Positions 8,358 to 18,117 are shown, counted from the first letter of the stretch. The stretch is DNA of 41,263 bases from an uncultured Acetatifactor sp. (GCA_948496895.1 CAOOJO010000001.1:1-41263); one strand, 5' to 3'. Numbers and translations: made by a program. The notes: generated by a model not told the origin, from the letters alone.

Positions 8358-9590
8358 TTATTTTTCAGAATATTTGTATCGAAATCGCTCTGACAGTATC
8401 CTGGCTGGGGCACAGGGGGAATATCCGTCCTGTCCCTCGACTTCCAGTCCTGTCTTCCCTGCCTCGCCAACGCCTCCACAGGGCGCGCCTGTAACATTTT
8501 CAATAAGCTCCAGCAGCCTCTGTGCGGCGTTCTCCGCATTCCAGGTCTCCGTAATCGTCCGGTAGGCCGCCCTTCCCAGCTCCCTGCAATACGCCCTGTC
8601 CTGAACCAGCCTCTGTGCTGCCGCGAACAGCCCCTCCGGCTTTCCATCCCTGTAAACCAGCCCGTTTTCCCCATTCCTGACCAGATAGGGCACCGCGCCG
8701 ATCATATGGTCGGCCACCAGGGCGCAGGCGCTGTTCATGGCCTCGTTCGCCACAGCCCCCCAGCCCTCCTGCCTGTCACTGGTAAAGAGGAATACGTCCG
8801 CCTGCTCCATATATCGGCGAACCGTCTCCGGGGGCTGATAGCCCAGAAAGGAAACCCAGTCCCCAAGTCCGTATTTTTCCGCCAGGGCCTGGGTCCGCGT
8901 CCGCAGCTCCCCGTCCCCGATGATGTCCAGATGGAAATCAAGCCCCTTTTCCCGCAGGAACCTGGCCGTCTCCACCGCAAGCTCCGGGTGTTTCCAGTCG
9001 ATCATCCGCGCCGCCCAGAGCAGGCAGGGAATCTTCGCCTCTCCGTATCCTTTCTGTCCAAAAAGCGTATCCAGGTCGTAATGCCTGGTCTCCGGGAAAT
9101 ACCCCCAGCAGTACATCTTCCCGGGATAGGCCCTGATGATCGCGAAATCCGAGGCCACATAGGCCCCCGCGCACAGCAGCCACACAGGGGAGTTCCGGTA
9201 CCTGGTATGGTCATGGTACTTCTTCCGAAGCCCCCTGGGGGAGACGGCCTTCCACTGTCCGGTCTTGTACAGCCGCTCGCTGATGCGTATCACCGGCTTC
9301 CCGGCCCCGAGCCTTTCCTGGATATAGCTTTCGTCATCCGTCCCGCCGAACAGCGCCACATCGCAGTCCAGGATCAACTGCCTGCAGTCCTCCGGCTCCT
9401 CATAATAACAGCGCACATAGGCCGGACGTCCCGCCGCCTGCCATCCCATCCGCACCCGCTCCTCCTCCATCCTTTCCGTCTGCACGAAGGTGAAGCCTCC
9501 CTCCAGGAGCCGGTTCAGGCAATCGCAGAAGGGAATCTGATGATGGTTGATGTAATTGGATACAAAAGCTATTCTACAGGATTTTCTCAT
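8358..9590 (-). CDS. Glycosyltransferase family 4 (GT-B)
   Basis: WAARMIDWKHP, IIGDG, ADVFLFTS, EGWGAVANEAM (Ex7E). Overlaps the upstream GT4. Confidence 0.92.
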   Translation of the reverse strand: MRKSCRIAFVSNYINHHQIPFCDCLNRLLEGGFTFVQTERMEEERVRMGWQAAGRPAYVRCYYEEPEDCRQLILDCDVALFGGTDDESYIQERLGAGKPVIRISERLYKTGQWKAVSPRGLRKKYHDHTRYRNSPVWLLCAGAYVASDFAIIRAYPGKMYCWGYFPETRHYDLDTLFGQKGYGEAKIPCLLWAARMIDWKHPELAVETARFLREKGLDFHLDIIGDGELRTRTQALAEKYGLGDWVSFLGYQPPETVRRYMEQADVFLFTSDRQEGWGAVANEAMNSACALVADHMIGAVPYLVRNGENGLVYRDGKPEGLFAAAQRLVQDRAYCRELGRAAYRTITETWNAENAAQRLLELIENVTGAPCGGVGEAGKTGLEVEGQDGYSPCAPARILSERFRYKYSEK

Positions 9591-10944
9591 ATATTTCCAC
9601 CAGTTTTTGATAATTTCGATCTCTGTCGTGGGTTTTCAGCGCATGATTCCTGGCGGCTCGACACCATTCGTCCCTTTTCCCAGGGTCGCGCCACATGGAA
9701 ATCACCGCCTCCGCCAGCCGTCCGCTCACTGCCTCCAGCTCTCCGGTGCCGTCCGCGTCCCGTCCCCCCGGCGCGCCGTCACCCTCGGACCCCCTGTACA
9801 GGATGCCGTCCACACCCCCTGTGAATATGCTGGAGACGCCGCCCACATCGGCGCTGACGCAGGGCATGCCCAAAAGCATGGCCTCCCCCAGGGAATTGGG
9901 GGAATTCTCCACGGAGGAGCAGCAGACGAACAGGCCGCTTTTCAGATATCTGTCCCGCATCTGTCCCGCGTCCAGCTTTCCGAGGAAGCTCACCCGCTCC
10001 TCCAGCCCGCGGCTCGTCAACAGGCCGCGCAGATATTTCCCATAGGCCGATATCTTCAGCTTCTCCTTCAGCGTCCCATACGCCACAAGGCTGTTTCCCG
10101 CCACATACAGCTTCGCGTCCGGGTATTCCCTCAATATGGCGGGCAGGGCCAGCAGCATATAGTGCAGCCCCTTCAGAGGATAGTCCCCCTGGCTCAGGAA
10201 GATGGCATGGGGCTCGCAGGCCTCCGGCCGCCACACAGGCCCGTAGAACTCCGGCCGCAGGCTCTCATTCATCTCAAAATACCGGGCATCCGGATTCCAC
10301 TCTCTGGTGTGCGCCCTGTCCCACCGGGTGCGCCCGGTGATGTTCCCGGCCAGGCCCACGGCCTCCCGCTCCATCTCTCCCCGCAGGGCGAATTTCTCCC
10401 GCTGCCGCCGCAGACTGTCCCTCTTCAGCAGATCCCGCAGGGTGACCCTGCGGACTGCCCGCTCTGGCAGATCCGCGTAATAATGCTCCGCGATCTGGGT
10501 ACACAGCCCCTGCAGGCCCACCAGCAGCCTGTCCTTCCTGGGGAAAATCCTGCACATGGCCAAAGTGTGGGGAAATTCCGTGCCGAAGCAGTGCACGATG
10601 TCAGGCTCTACTATAGAGACGATTTTCTCCAGAACAGGTTCCAGATTCCTGTCATATTTTTCCCCGTGGTTCATGTCCTCCGGGAAGCCAAAGCAGGAAA
10701 AGCTCACCCGCTCCCCTGCCCCGCCCACCTCCGCGTCCACGGTCACGCTGCACAGTTCCTGCCCCCGGGGAATCATCCTCCGGGGCAGCGGGAAGGCCAC
10801 GGACAGCCGGATGCCGCTGGCCCTGCCCTCCGCCAGCACAGCCCTGGCCATCCCGCTGACCCAGCCTTCCTTGACGGAAGCCTCCATCCCCAGCTGGCGC
10901 GCCGCCATGGGCAGCGCCATATTACAGAGCCACAAGACCTTCAT
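9574..10944 (-). CDS. Glycosyltransferase family 4 (GT-B)
   Basis: MKVLWL, PDIVHCFGTE, YPLKGL, ENSPNSLGEAM (Ex7E), ADVGG. Confidence 0.92.
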   Translation of the reverse strand: MKVLWLCNMALPMAARQLGMEASVKEGWVSGMARAVLAEGRASGIRLSVAFPLPRRMIPRGQELCSVTVDAEVGGAGERVSFSCFGFPEDMNHGEKYDRNLEPVLEKIVSIVEPDIVHCFGTEFPHTLAMCRIFPRKDRLLVGLQGLCTQIAEHYYADLPERAVRRVTLRDLLKRDSLRRQREKFALRGEMEREAVGLAGNITGRTRWDRAHTREWNPDARYFEMNESLRPEFYGPVWRPEACEPHAIFLSQGDYPLKGLHYMLLALPAILREYPDAKLYVAGNSLVAYGTLKEKLKISAYGKYLRGLLTSRGLEERVSFLGKLDAGQMRDRYLKSGLFVCCSSVENSPNSLGEAMLLGMPCVSADVGGVSSIFTGGVDGILYRGSEGDGAPGGRDADGTGELEAVSGRLAEAVISMWRDPGKRDEWCRAARNHALKTHDRDRNYQKLVEIYEKIL

Positions 10945-10977
10945 GGCGACCTCTCCTTCCTGTCCTTTTCCGCTCTC

Positions 10978-12156
10978 TCACAGCGCCCCTACCGCGCCCG
11001 TGTCGTCAAAAATCCAGTTCAGATACGGAAGCAGCCTTATATCTGTGGCGTACATCCCTCTCAGCAGCAGCAGGAAGTAGCATCCAAAGGCCCCAATGAC
11101 TCCCACATAACACAGCCTCCGCAGCCTCTTCCCTGGTATGCCCGCCAGCAGCGCCGGTATCAGGAACACCTGGGATACAATCATGTAATACCCCACCCTG
11201 GACACCTCCGGGATAAAGGATCCGCAGCAGTAGACCGTCAGCCCGAAGAGATTCAGGAAAAAGTAAAAACGGTTTATCATTTCCTTCCGCAGGCTCTGTC
11301 TATAGCAGAGCAGGGAAAGGACCAGTACACAGCCACATTTCAGGATATTGGCGTAGGAGAGCTGTCCATTGTCAAATGCCGAATCCCGATAAAAGGGATA
11401 GAAGAAAAAAATGATCTCCCGGTACAGACTCTGGCCGAATATCAGGCTGCACAGAACTGCTGTGCCCGCCGCGTAATGCCATTTTTTCAGGGGAGCCGCC
11501 GCCAGGATCCGCGCCGCCAGATACACCGGAACCACCAGCAGGATAGACTTATGGAACATGGCCCCTGCCAGTATGGTCAGAATGAATTTCCCGTATTCGC
11601 CCCGGAGCACATATTTCATGGAAAACAGCGCCATGGCCAGGGCCAGATAATATCGGACGGAATTCAGGCTGTTGAAATAATACCCACCTGTCATCAGCAG
11701 GTACAGGGAAAAGGCAAAATGGCTCCCCTGATCGCGGAGCGCCCTCACGAAGAACCAGACCGTCACAATGGAAAAAAAGGCGAACACCGGAACGTACTTG
11801 TCGTAGCCGAACAGCTCCTGTATCCACCTTACGATGGTGTTGAACCCGAACTCCGAGGCCACATGCCGATCCTGGGCTATTAAGTTAAAGTTGTCCCGAT
11901 ATACCCAGTAGTCATTGCCCACGGCTATCCTGCAGGCCGACACCCCCGTGAGAAGGCAGTAGATCGCGGCCATGGCCACCCGGTTCCGGGCACAGCGCCG
12001 CTCCCAGAGCCCATTCCCTCCGCCCCCGCCAGACCAGGGCAGGTACCTGCGGCCTCCCCTGATATAGTCAGGCACATATTCCCGATTGTCCACGCACAGC
12101 CCCAGGGCCACCGTGATGACAGTCAGCAGAATATAAACCATCGCGCTCCACTCCAT
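10978..12156 (-). CDS. EpsG-family polysaccharide polymerase (Wzy-like)
   Basis: Multi-TM protein with R-IAVGND-Y, E-F-GF, NSVRY-LA, FHKS and terminal PY motifs typical of EpsG. Alternative start at 12141. Confidence 0.85.
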   Translation of the reverse strand: MEWSAMVYILLTVITVALGLCVDNREYVPDYIRGGRRYLPWSGGGGGNGLWERRCARNRVAMAAIYCLLTGVSACRIAVGNDYWVYRDNFNLIAQDRHVASEFGFNTIVRWIQELFGYDKYVPVFAFFSIVTVWFFVRALRDQGSHFAFSLYLLMTGGYYFNSLNSVRYYLALAMALFSMKYVLRGEYGKFILTILAGAMFHKSILLVVPVYLAARILAAAPLKKWHYAAGTAVLCSLIFGQSLYREIIFFFYPFYRDSAFDNGQLSYANILKCGCVLVLSLLCYRQSLRKEMINRFYFFLNLFGLTVYCCGSFIPEVSRVGYYMIVSQVFLIPALLAGIPGKRLRRLCYVGVIGAFGCYFLLLLRGMYATDIRLLPYLNWIFDDTGAVGAL

Positions 12157-12174
12157 CGTCCGTCTCCTCTCCCG

Positions 12175-12942
12175 TCACGCTTCCCCCTGCCGCATCCATC
12201 GGTAAGCCTGCCCCAGCGGCACCTGCGCGCACAGCTTCTTCCGGTGAGCCAGGAGGAAGCGCAGCGCCATCACCCGCGCCAGCCTCCCGTAGAGATAACG
12301 GTACAGCACTCCCTTATCCCGGAAGAATTTCTCATCATAGCCCGAGAACCATGTGGATTCCCCCGCCGTCTCCCGGCCAATGGTCACGGGGGCCGTGTAC
12401 ACCGCATAGCCCTTGTCCATGAATTCCTTTAAAAAAAGGCTGTCCTCGCCGCTGCCGTACCTGGCGCCGCCGCCGAACAGCAGGGAAAAGGTCACGCCGG
12501 AGGCAAGCAGGCTGTCCCTTCGCACCGCGAAGCTCACCGCCCCGTATCTGCCGCAATTGTACCAGCGCACCCGCCTGCGCTCCGTGATATGGTAGGTCCT
12601 GCGGGCCTCCTCTACCGTGATGTTGAACAGAATCATATCTGCGTCGCGATTCCGTTCAAACTCTGACGCTATCTTGTCCGCATATCCCGGCTCATACACG
12701 ATATCCGCGTCCGAGAACAGGCAGATATCCCCCTCTGCCCGCAGAATGGCCTCGTTGCGGCTCCTGCCCACGCCCCTGTCCGGGAAGGAGAAAAACCGCA
12801 CCTGATGCCCCCTGTACGCTATTTCCTCCATCCCCAGCCGGTGGCACTGGTTGATGATCACCGCGTCGGATTCCAGCCCCATCCGCTCCAGCAGCGCCAT
12901 GGGCTCCTCATTCATGACAGACGCCAGTACCTCAACCTTCAT
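12175..12942 (-). CDS. Glycosyltransferase family 2 (GT-A)
   Basis: Start MKVEVLAS at 12942 with ATGA overlap to the upstream gene; GVGRSRN, FSDAD, GSGEDS. The longer N-terminus in the ORF track overlaps the Wzz-like gene and is likely spurious. Confidence 0.88.
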   Translation of the reverse strand: MKVEVLASVMNEEPMALLERMGLESDAVIINQCHRLGMEEIAYRGHQVRFFSFPDRGVGRSRNEAILRAEGDICLFSDADIVYEPGYADKIASEFERNRDADMILFNITVEEARRTYHITERRRVRWYNCGRYGAVSFAVRRDSLLASGVTFSLLFGGGARYGSGEDSLFLKEFMDKGYAVYTAPVTIGRETAGESTWFSGYDEKFFRDKGVLYRYLYGRLARVMALRFLLAHRKKLCAQVPLGQAYRWMRQGEA

Positions 12943-14051
12943 GCTTTCCCTCTCTTTGTCCCTTTGCTCTCCGCGTCCCCTGTCCGGATAAAGTCGTATC
13001 TCCGGATCAGCTTCTCGTCCGCGTCCCAGAGAACCGCCGCCGTCACAGTGCAGTCCTGCTGCCCCAGATATTCCAGGACGCGCTCCAGCGCCCTGCCCGC
13101 GTGGCTTCCCGCCCTTACCGCCAGCAGGACGCCCCCCGCCTCCCGCAGGCGTCTTACCGCCTCCGGCTGCCCCAGGGGCGACGGAACCGCGAACCACTTA
13201 TCTCCCACCAGATCCGGGCACGCCTCCTTCAGGCGCTTCAGCACCTCCGCCGAATCCAGCTCCTCCTGAACCGGGCAGACAGCCACGTCTTCGCGCATTC
13301 CGCCCCCGCTCTCCTCCCGGGAGAAGAAATACCTGATATTCTCAGCCAGCTCTCTGCTCTCTATGGTTCCCGCCGTCTTTATGCCATAGCGCTTCCAGAT
13401 GGAGGCCGGCAGCCAGATGCAGTCGTCGCCCGTCTCCTTCAGCAGCAGAATCGTAAGCGTCAAAAAGCAGGCCAGAATCCCGCCGAACAGGAACACCCTC
13501 CCCGCCCTGAGCACGGGCCGCACCTCCTGGGCCGTATCGCCGGGATCGATGACCGTGACGGAGCCGATCTCGCTCAGCTCCGCCGCCAGCTCCTGCGCCA
13601 TGGCCGCTTCCACCGCCCCGGCGATCGCCACGCTCTTCTCCGGATCCCCGGTGGTGACAGTGGTGGAGGGAACCCGGAGATCCGACAGCACCTCCGCCGA
13701 AATGGCCTGTCCCAGCTCCTCACCGCCAAACTCCTCCCTGCCGGCCTCCGCCAGATGCGCCTCCACCGCGTCCAGGAACAGCTTAGACTGCAGGTAGGTG
13801 TTCCAGCTCATCTCATTGATATAGACGCTCATCATGTCTTCCACGTTGTCCACGGCGTATTCCACCCGGTAGAAGGAGGTAGCCGTGTATATCCGCTCCC
13901 CCCGCAGCAGCACATTCTTCATATAATATCCGCCGCCTGCCAGCAGCGCGCCCAGAAGCGTGACGGCCACTAGTAACGGCAGCCGGTAAGCCAGGCGCAG
14001 CGCCGTCAGGCGCAGGTCGAACGGTTCCTTTCCGTAATATCCCTTCCACAT
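12939..14051 (-). CDS. Wzz/CpsC-like polysaccharide co-polymerase with a degenerate BY-kinase-like C-terminal domain
   Basis: EPFDLR N-terminus, TM1, YTATS-FRV, extracytoplasmic loop, VIDP then TM2, then GVLLAVRAG...AAVLW. Confidence 0.75.
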   Translation of the reverse strand: MWKGYYGKEPFDLRLTALRLAYRLPLLVAVTLLGALLAGGGYYMKNVLLRGERIYTATSFYRVEYAVDNVEDMMSVYINEMSWNTYLQSKLFLDAVEAHLAEAGREEFGGEELGQAISAEVLSDLRVPSTTVTTGDPEKSVAIAGAVEAAMAQELAAELSEIGSVTVIDPGDTAQEVRPVLRAGRVFLFGGILACFLTLTILLLKETGDDCIWLPASIWKRYGIKTAGTIESRELAENIRYFFSREESGGGMREDVAVCPVQEELDSAEVLKRLKEACPDLVGDKWFAVPSPLGQPEAVRRLREAGGVLLAVRAGSHAGRALERVLEYLGQQDCTVTAAVLWDADEKLIRRYDFIRTGDAESKGTKRGKA

Positions 14052-14052
14052 A

Positions 14053-15510
14053 TCACTCCTCTTCCCCTTTGTCCTGTCTCTCCTGCCGCTTCTTCCGCTC
14101 CTCCCGCAGGGCCGTGATCTGCTCGGTCTCCACTCCCTCCGTGCTGTCCGGCCAGAACAGAATCTTCAGCGTCAGCAGCATCAGCTTGATGTCCAGCATG
14201 ACGGAATAGTTCTCGATATAGGTCAGGTCCAGCTTCAGCTTGTCGTAGGGGGAGGTATTGTACTTACCATAGACCTGGGCAAAGCCGGCCAGCCCGGCCT
14301 TCACCTTCATCCGGTAGGCGAACTCCGGCATCACCTCCAGGTACTGGGCGATGATTTCCGGCCGCTCCGGCCTGGGGCCGATGAAGGACATGTCCCCCTT
14401 CAGGATGTTCACCAGCTGGGGCAGCTCGTCCAGCCTGCATTTGCGGATCACCTTTCCCACGGGGGTGATGCGGTCATCGTTCTTCTGGGCCAGCCTGGCC
14501 ACGCCGTCCTTTTCCGCGTCCGTGCGCATGCTCCTGAACTTCATGATATGGAATTCCCTCTGACCCAGGGTGCAGCGCACCTGCTTGTACAATATGGGCC
14601 CCCCGTCGTACAGCTTGATGGCGAGGGCCGTTATCAGCATAAAGGGAGACGCGATGATCAATAATACCAGCGCGCCGAACACATCGATGCACCTCTTGAT
14701 GATCCGCTGCTCCACGGTAAGGCAGTACTCCCGGGTCAATAGCATGGGGCTGTCGAACACATGAAGCTCCTCCGCCCCCATCAGAATCACATCCGTTATC
14801 TTCGGCAGCAGGTAGAAGCGGATGGAATGCCCGTAGCAGAACTTAATCAGGGGAGTCCTGTCCACTACAGAGATGTCTCCCAGCACCACAGCGTTGCACT
14901 CGCCCTTTTCATAGGAGTCCAGAATCGCCCTGCTGACAGCGTCGAAGCCCTGGGACACATGGATGGTTCTGGTGATGATATATTTGTCCCGGCGGCTCTC
15001 GAATTTGGCGCGGATGGCCTCTATGGGCCTGTCCCCATGAATCAGCAGGAGCTTGCGGGGCGGAAAGATGGCCCGGTAGACGCGGTTGGCCACATTGATG
15101 TATATGATCACCACCATGGTCTGCTCAATCATCATGAGGATGAACACATCCGGGACGAAGGGCTGCGCCGCCATCACGGAGAGCTCCGCGTAGATGAAGA
15201 TATTCGCCATCAGGGTGGCAAAGACCTGGGAGAAGATCAGCTCCACGTTCTTCAGGTATCCCAGCCGGATGCCGCCGTACATATAGGAGAGCATGATCAG
15301 CACAAAGGCGTAGATCGCCACCTCCAGCATATTTCCTTTTCCCCAGAAATACCGCAGCGCCTCCACTACGCTCCAGCGGAACTGCACCTGCCACCAATAG
15401 GCGAACAGCGCCACCTCCAGCCCCAGGCACACCGCCGTCAGCCCCAGGTTTATCAGTCTCTTGAATGTCTCCAATTGTCTCAGCTTCTTGTCATTGGTAT
15501 TGCCGTTCAC
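14053..15510 (-). CDS. Large initiating polyprenyl glycosylphosphotransferase (WcaJ/CpsE/WbaP type)
   Basis: Four N-terminal TMs, KRCID, KFRSM, DAEKDG, RLDELPQ, GPRPERP, KAGLAGFAQV. The GTG at 15510 has a GGAGG RBS (ORF track start 15528). Confidence 0.95.
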   Translation of the reverse strand: MNGNTNDKKLRQLETFKRLINLGLTAVCLGLEVALFAYWWQVQFRWSVVEALRYFWGKGNMLEVAIYAFVLIMLSYMYGGIRLGYLKNVELIFSQVFATLMANIFIYAELSVMAAQPFVPDVFILMMIEQTMVVIIYINVANRVYRAIFPPRKLLLIHGDRPIEAIRAKFESRRDKYIITRTIHVSQGFDAVSRAILDSYEKGECNAVVLGDISVVDRTPLIKFCYGHSIRFYLLPKITDVILMGAEELHVFDSPMLLTREYCLTVEQRIIKRCIDVFGALVLLIIASPFMLITALAIKLYDGGPILYKQVRCTLGQREFHIMKFRSMRTDAEKDGVARLAQKNDDRITPVGKVIRKCRLDELPQLVNILKGDMSFIGPRPERPEIIAQYLEVMPEFAYRMKVKAGLAGFAQVYGKYNTSPYDKLKLDLTYIENYSVMLDIKLMLLTLKILFWPDSTEGVETEQITALREERKKRQERQDKGEEE

Positions 15511-15528
15511 AGTACAATCCTCCTCCAC

Positions 15529-16287
15529 CTACAGTCTCCTCCGCACGGCCCTGGCAGCCCAGAACACGAAATTCCAGGCGCTGTAGGGCAGGCTTAAGTT
15601 CTCCGAACGCCGATAGAGATGCCAGATGCGCCGCATCGCCTCCAGCTTATTGGAGGAGAGCGTGCCGCCGCCGCGCCTGTACCGCACCAGATTTTCGTCC
15701 AGCCCATAAGCAGTATAACCGTTTCGCAGCACCCGGAACCAGAGGGCGGTGTCCTCGCTTTTCACGGTGGGCATCTCAAGCAGCTCTTTGTCGATTCTCG
15801 CCGTATCGAACATGACCGTAGTGGTAAAAATCGTGGTATTGCTCAGGGCCTGGCGGTAGTTCAGTGTCTTAGGCACATGCACCACCTTCCCCGTGCCCCT
15901 TCCCCGCTCGTCCGCGAACTCATAGCCTGTAAAGACGAAGGCGGCCTCCTTTTCCCGCAAGAACCGAAGCTCCCTCTCCAGCTTCTCCGGCGCCCACAGA
16001 TCGTCCGCGTCCAGATAGGCGATATATCGCCCCCGGGCCTCCTCAAGCCCCCTGTTCCTGGCCTTCGCGGCGCCCATATTGGAGGGCTGGCGGATTATCC
16101 TTATCCGGTGGTCCTGCCGTTCTCTGGCGCAGCGTTCCATCACCGCAAGGCTGTCGTCGCCGCTCCCGTCCTCCACCAGCAGAAGCTCCCAGGCCTCCCA
16201 GGTCTGCGCCAGGACGCTGGCGATAGTCTCCTCGATATAGTTCGCCACATTATAGACTGGTACGATGATGCTGATTAGCTCGTCCAT
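15529..16287 (-). CDS. Glycosyltransferase family 2 (TuaG-like)
   Basis: ISIIVPVYN, EDGSGD, AKARN, YLDADD, SED, LSSNK. Start MDELIS at 16287. Confidence 0.92.
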   Translation of the reverse strand: MDELISIIVPVYNVANYIEETIASVLAQTWEAWELLLVEDGSGDDSLAVMERCARERQDHRIRIIRQPSNMGAAKARNRGLEEARGRYIAYLDADDLWAPEKLERELRFLREKEAAFVFTGYEFADERGRGTGKVVHVPKTLNYRQALSNTTIFTTTVMFDTARIDKELLEMPTVKSEDTALWFRVLRNGYTAYGLDENLVRYRRGGGTLSSNKLEAMRRIWHLYRRSENLSLPYSAWNFVFWAARAVRRRL

Positions 16288-16345
16288 AAATTTCCTCTTC
16301 CTGCGGCCCTTTCCGAAGACAGGCCTGTATTCCCCATTTTTTGCC

Positions 16346-17200
16346 CTAAAACAGTACAAAGGCGATATAGTCATCCCCCAGGGGCTGCGCTTTGGTCCCC
16401 AGCGCCGCCTCCATGCGCAACCTCATCTCCGCTGGCGCCCCCGCGGGGAACAGGATGCAGTTGACGCCCAGCTCCACAGCGTCCTTTGCCCTCTCCTCCA
16501 GCGTTTGAAACATCTGCTCCCTGTCGTCCTCCGGCATCCACACCCAGGCGGACTGCTCCACCCAGTCCATCCACTGGCACAGGTCGGCCTCCCTCTCTCC
16601 ATAGGTGTCATAGGCATACGCGTCCAGCGCCGGATCCCAGATGTTCCTGCCGTAGGGCAGGCGGAGCCTTCCGTCCGCTTCCCTGGCATATTCCAGGATT
16701 TTCCGCGGCGCCAGGAGACAGATATCCTCCCCCGGCCATGTCCGGTGGAGCAGTTCTACCACCGCCGCGCTCTCTTCCCTCCAGGCGTCCTGCCGCGTCC
16801 TCTCCTCCGTGTCCCCTCCCAGCTTCCCGGAGAGCAGGACTGCCAGGAGGAGGAGGAGCGTCACGGGCAGGGCCCTGCGCCAGCCTCTGCTGCCGGCCTC
16901 CTTCCACTGCCGCTCCAAAAACAGCGTCAGGCCGTAGGCTGTCACCGCCGTCAGGGGCACCAGGCTCCAGATCCACTCGTAATCGTAGAATTTTGTCTGG
17001 TACAGCATCAAAAGCACTGCCGTCACGGGCAGGATGCTGCATATGGCCGCCACAGTGGTATAGAGCAAAAGAGCCATCTGCTCTCTTCCTTTTCCGGTGA
17101 ACCACAGGAACACCAGGACAGCCAACAGCAAAGCCGCCGCCTTTCCGCTGCTCTTGTAGACCGTCCATCCGGTGCCTGCGTTCCGTATAAGCTCCGTCAT
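16346..17200 (-). CDS. Uncharacterised membrane protein (about 4 TMs plus a soluble C-terminal domain)
   Basis: ATG at 17200 with AAGGAGG RBS and ATGA overlap with the upstream stop; hydrophobic helices; LPYGRN motif. Confidence 0.7.
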   Translation of the reverse strand: MTELIRNAGTGWTVYKSSGKAAALLLAVLVFLWFTGKGREQMALLLYTTVAAICSILPVTAVLLMLYQTKFYDYEWIWSLVPLTAVTAYGLTLFLERQWKEAGSRGWRRALPVTLLLLLAVLLSGKLGGDTEERTRQDAWREESAAVVELLHRTWPGEDICLLAPRKILEYAREADGRLRLPYGRNIWDPALDAYAYDTYGEREADLCQWMDWVEQSAWVWMPEDDREQMFQTLEERAKDAVELGVNCILFPAGAPAEMRLRMEAALGTKAQPLGDDYIAFVLF

Positions 17201-18117
17201 CTCGCATCCTCCTTTTCTCCGGCCCGGGATGCCCTTCTGTCCGCGGCGGCTCCCGAAAGCCCGCGGCAGCACAGCTGTGCCGCTGTCACTCCCGCCGCCA
17301 GGGCCAGGCACGCGCCGCAGCCGTAAAAGGTCCAGACGATGGAGGCTTCGGCCAGGACGCAGGGCGCCACCCACAGCCGCTTGCGCCGCAGACACAGCGA
17401 CAGCGTCCACGGCAGGAGCACGCCCCCGCGGATGGCCACTCCCCGCCAGCCGCAGCAGAGCAGGTTGAACCCGTCCATCCCATAACGGTAGGCCCCCGTC
17501 CACACAAGGAGCGATACCAGAAGCAGAAAACAGGCCCGCTTTCCCGCGTCCCCCGGAAACAGGGCCTGCCCCAGCAGGGAAAAGGAGACATAGGCGCTGA
17601 CCAATACCAGCATGGGCACGATCCTTTGCACCACCAGCGCCGGCGGCAGGCCTGTCCATCTGCACAGGCTCCCGTACAGCGTAGGCAGGCACAGTATCTT
17701 CAGGCGAAGGGGCATCCCCTCGGTATAGGGCATTCCCGTCATGGGGTTGACCTGGTAGACGCTGTCGGAGGCCAGTAAGCTCCCCACCGTCTCCACCATC
17801 ATATCTCCCTTTCTATAGATAGCATTCCCCATGCCGATAAAAATAAGCTGCGAAATCACCATCAGCGCGAACATCCCATAGAGGAGCTTCTCCGGCGTGC
17901 CCGCAGACGATTTCCTCTCAGCCTCTCCCCGGGCGTGCCTTCTCCTCAGAATCACAAATCCCGCGCAGGCCACGGCCAGAATGCCCAGGGACGCGGCGAA
18001 CAGCAGCGCGCAGACCGTAAAGGGCAGCTTCAGAAAAACAGCAGCCAGATGGCAGGCCTCCGCCAGGCCGATGATGCCGATTTCCCCTATAATCAGATAA
18101 TCTCCGTTCTTTTTCAC
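17197..18117 (-). CDS. Multi-TM membrane protein, DUF6077-like
   Basis: GTG start with GGGAG RBS; about 8 hydrophobic segments; QVNPMTG motif. The family name is from memory and unverified. Confidence 0.65.
   Translation of the reverse strand: MKKNGDYLIIGEIGIIGLAEACHLAAVFLKLPFTVCALLFAASLGILAVACAGFVILRRRHARGEAERKSSAGTPEKLLYGMFALMVISQLIFIGMGNAIYRKGDMMVETVGSLLASDSVYQVNPMTGMPYTEGMPLRLKILCLPTLYGSLCRWTGLPPALVVQRIVPMLVLVSAYVSFSLLGQALFPGDAGKRACFLLLVSLLVWTGAYRYGMDGFNLLCCGWRGVAIRGGVLLPWTLSLCLRRKRLWVAPCVLAEASIVWTFYGCGACLALAAGVTAAQLCCRGLSGAAADRRASRAGEKEDAR

Noticed and set aside
9556..11883. 775-aa plus-strand ORF spanning two genes
   Set aside because: Antisense to GT4 and EpsG; Pro/Gln/His-rich shadow composition with no domain signature.
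17201..17692. N-terminal extension of ORF 16346-17692
   Set aside because: Overlaps the DUF6077-like gene; a better start with AAGGAGG and ATGA coupling exists at 17200.
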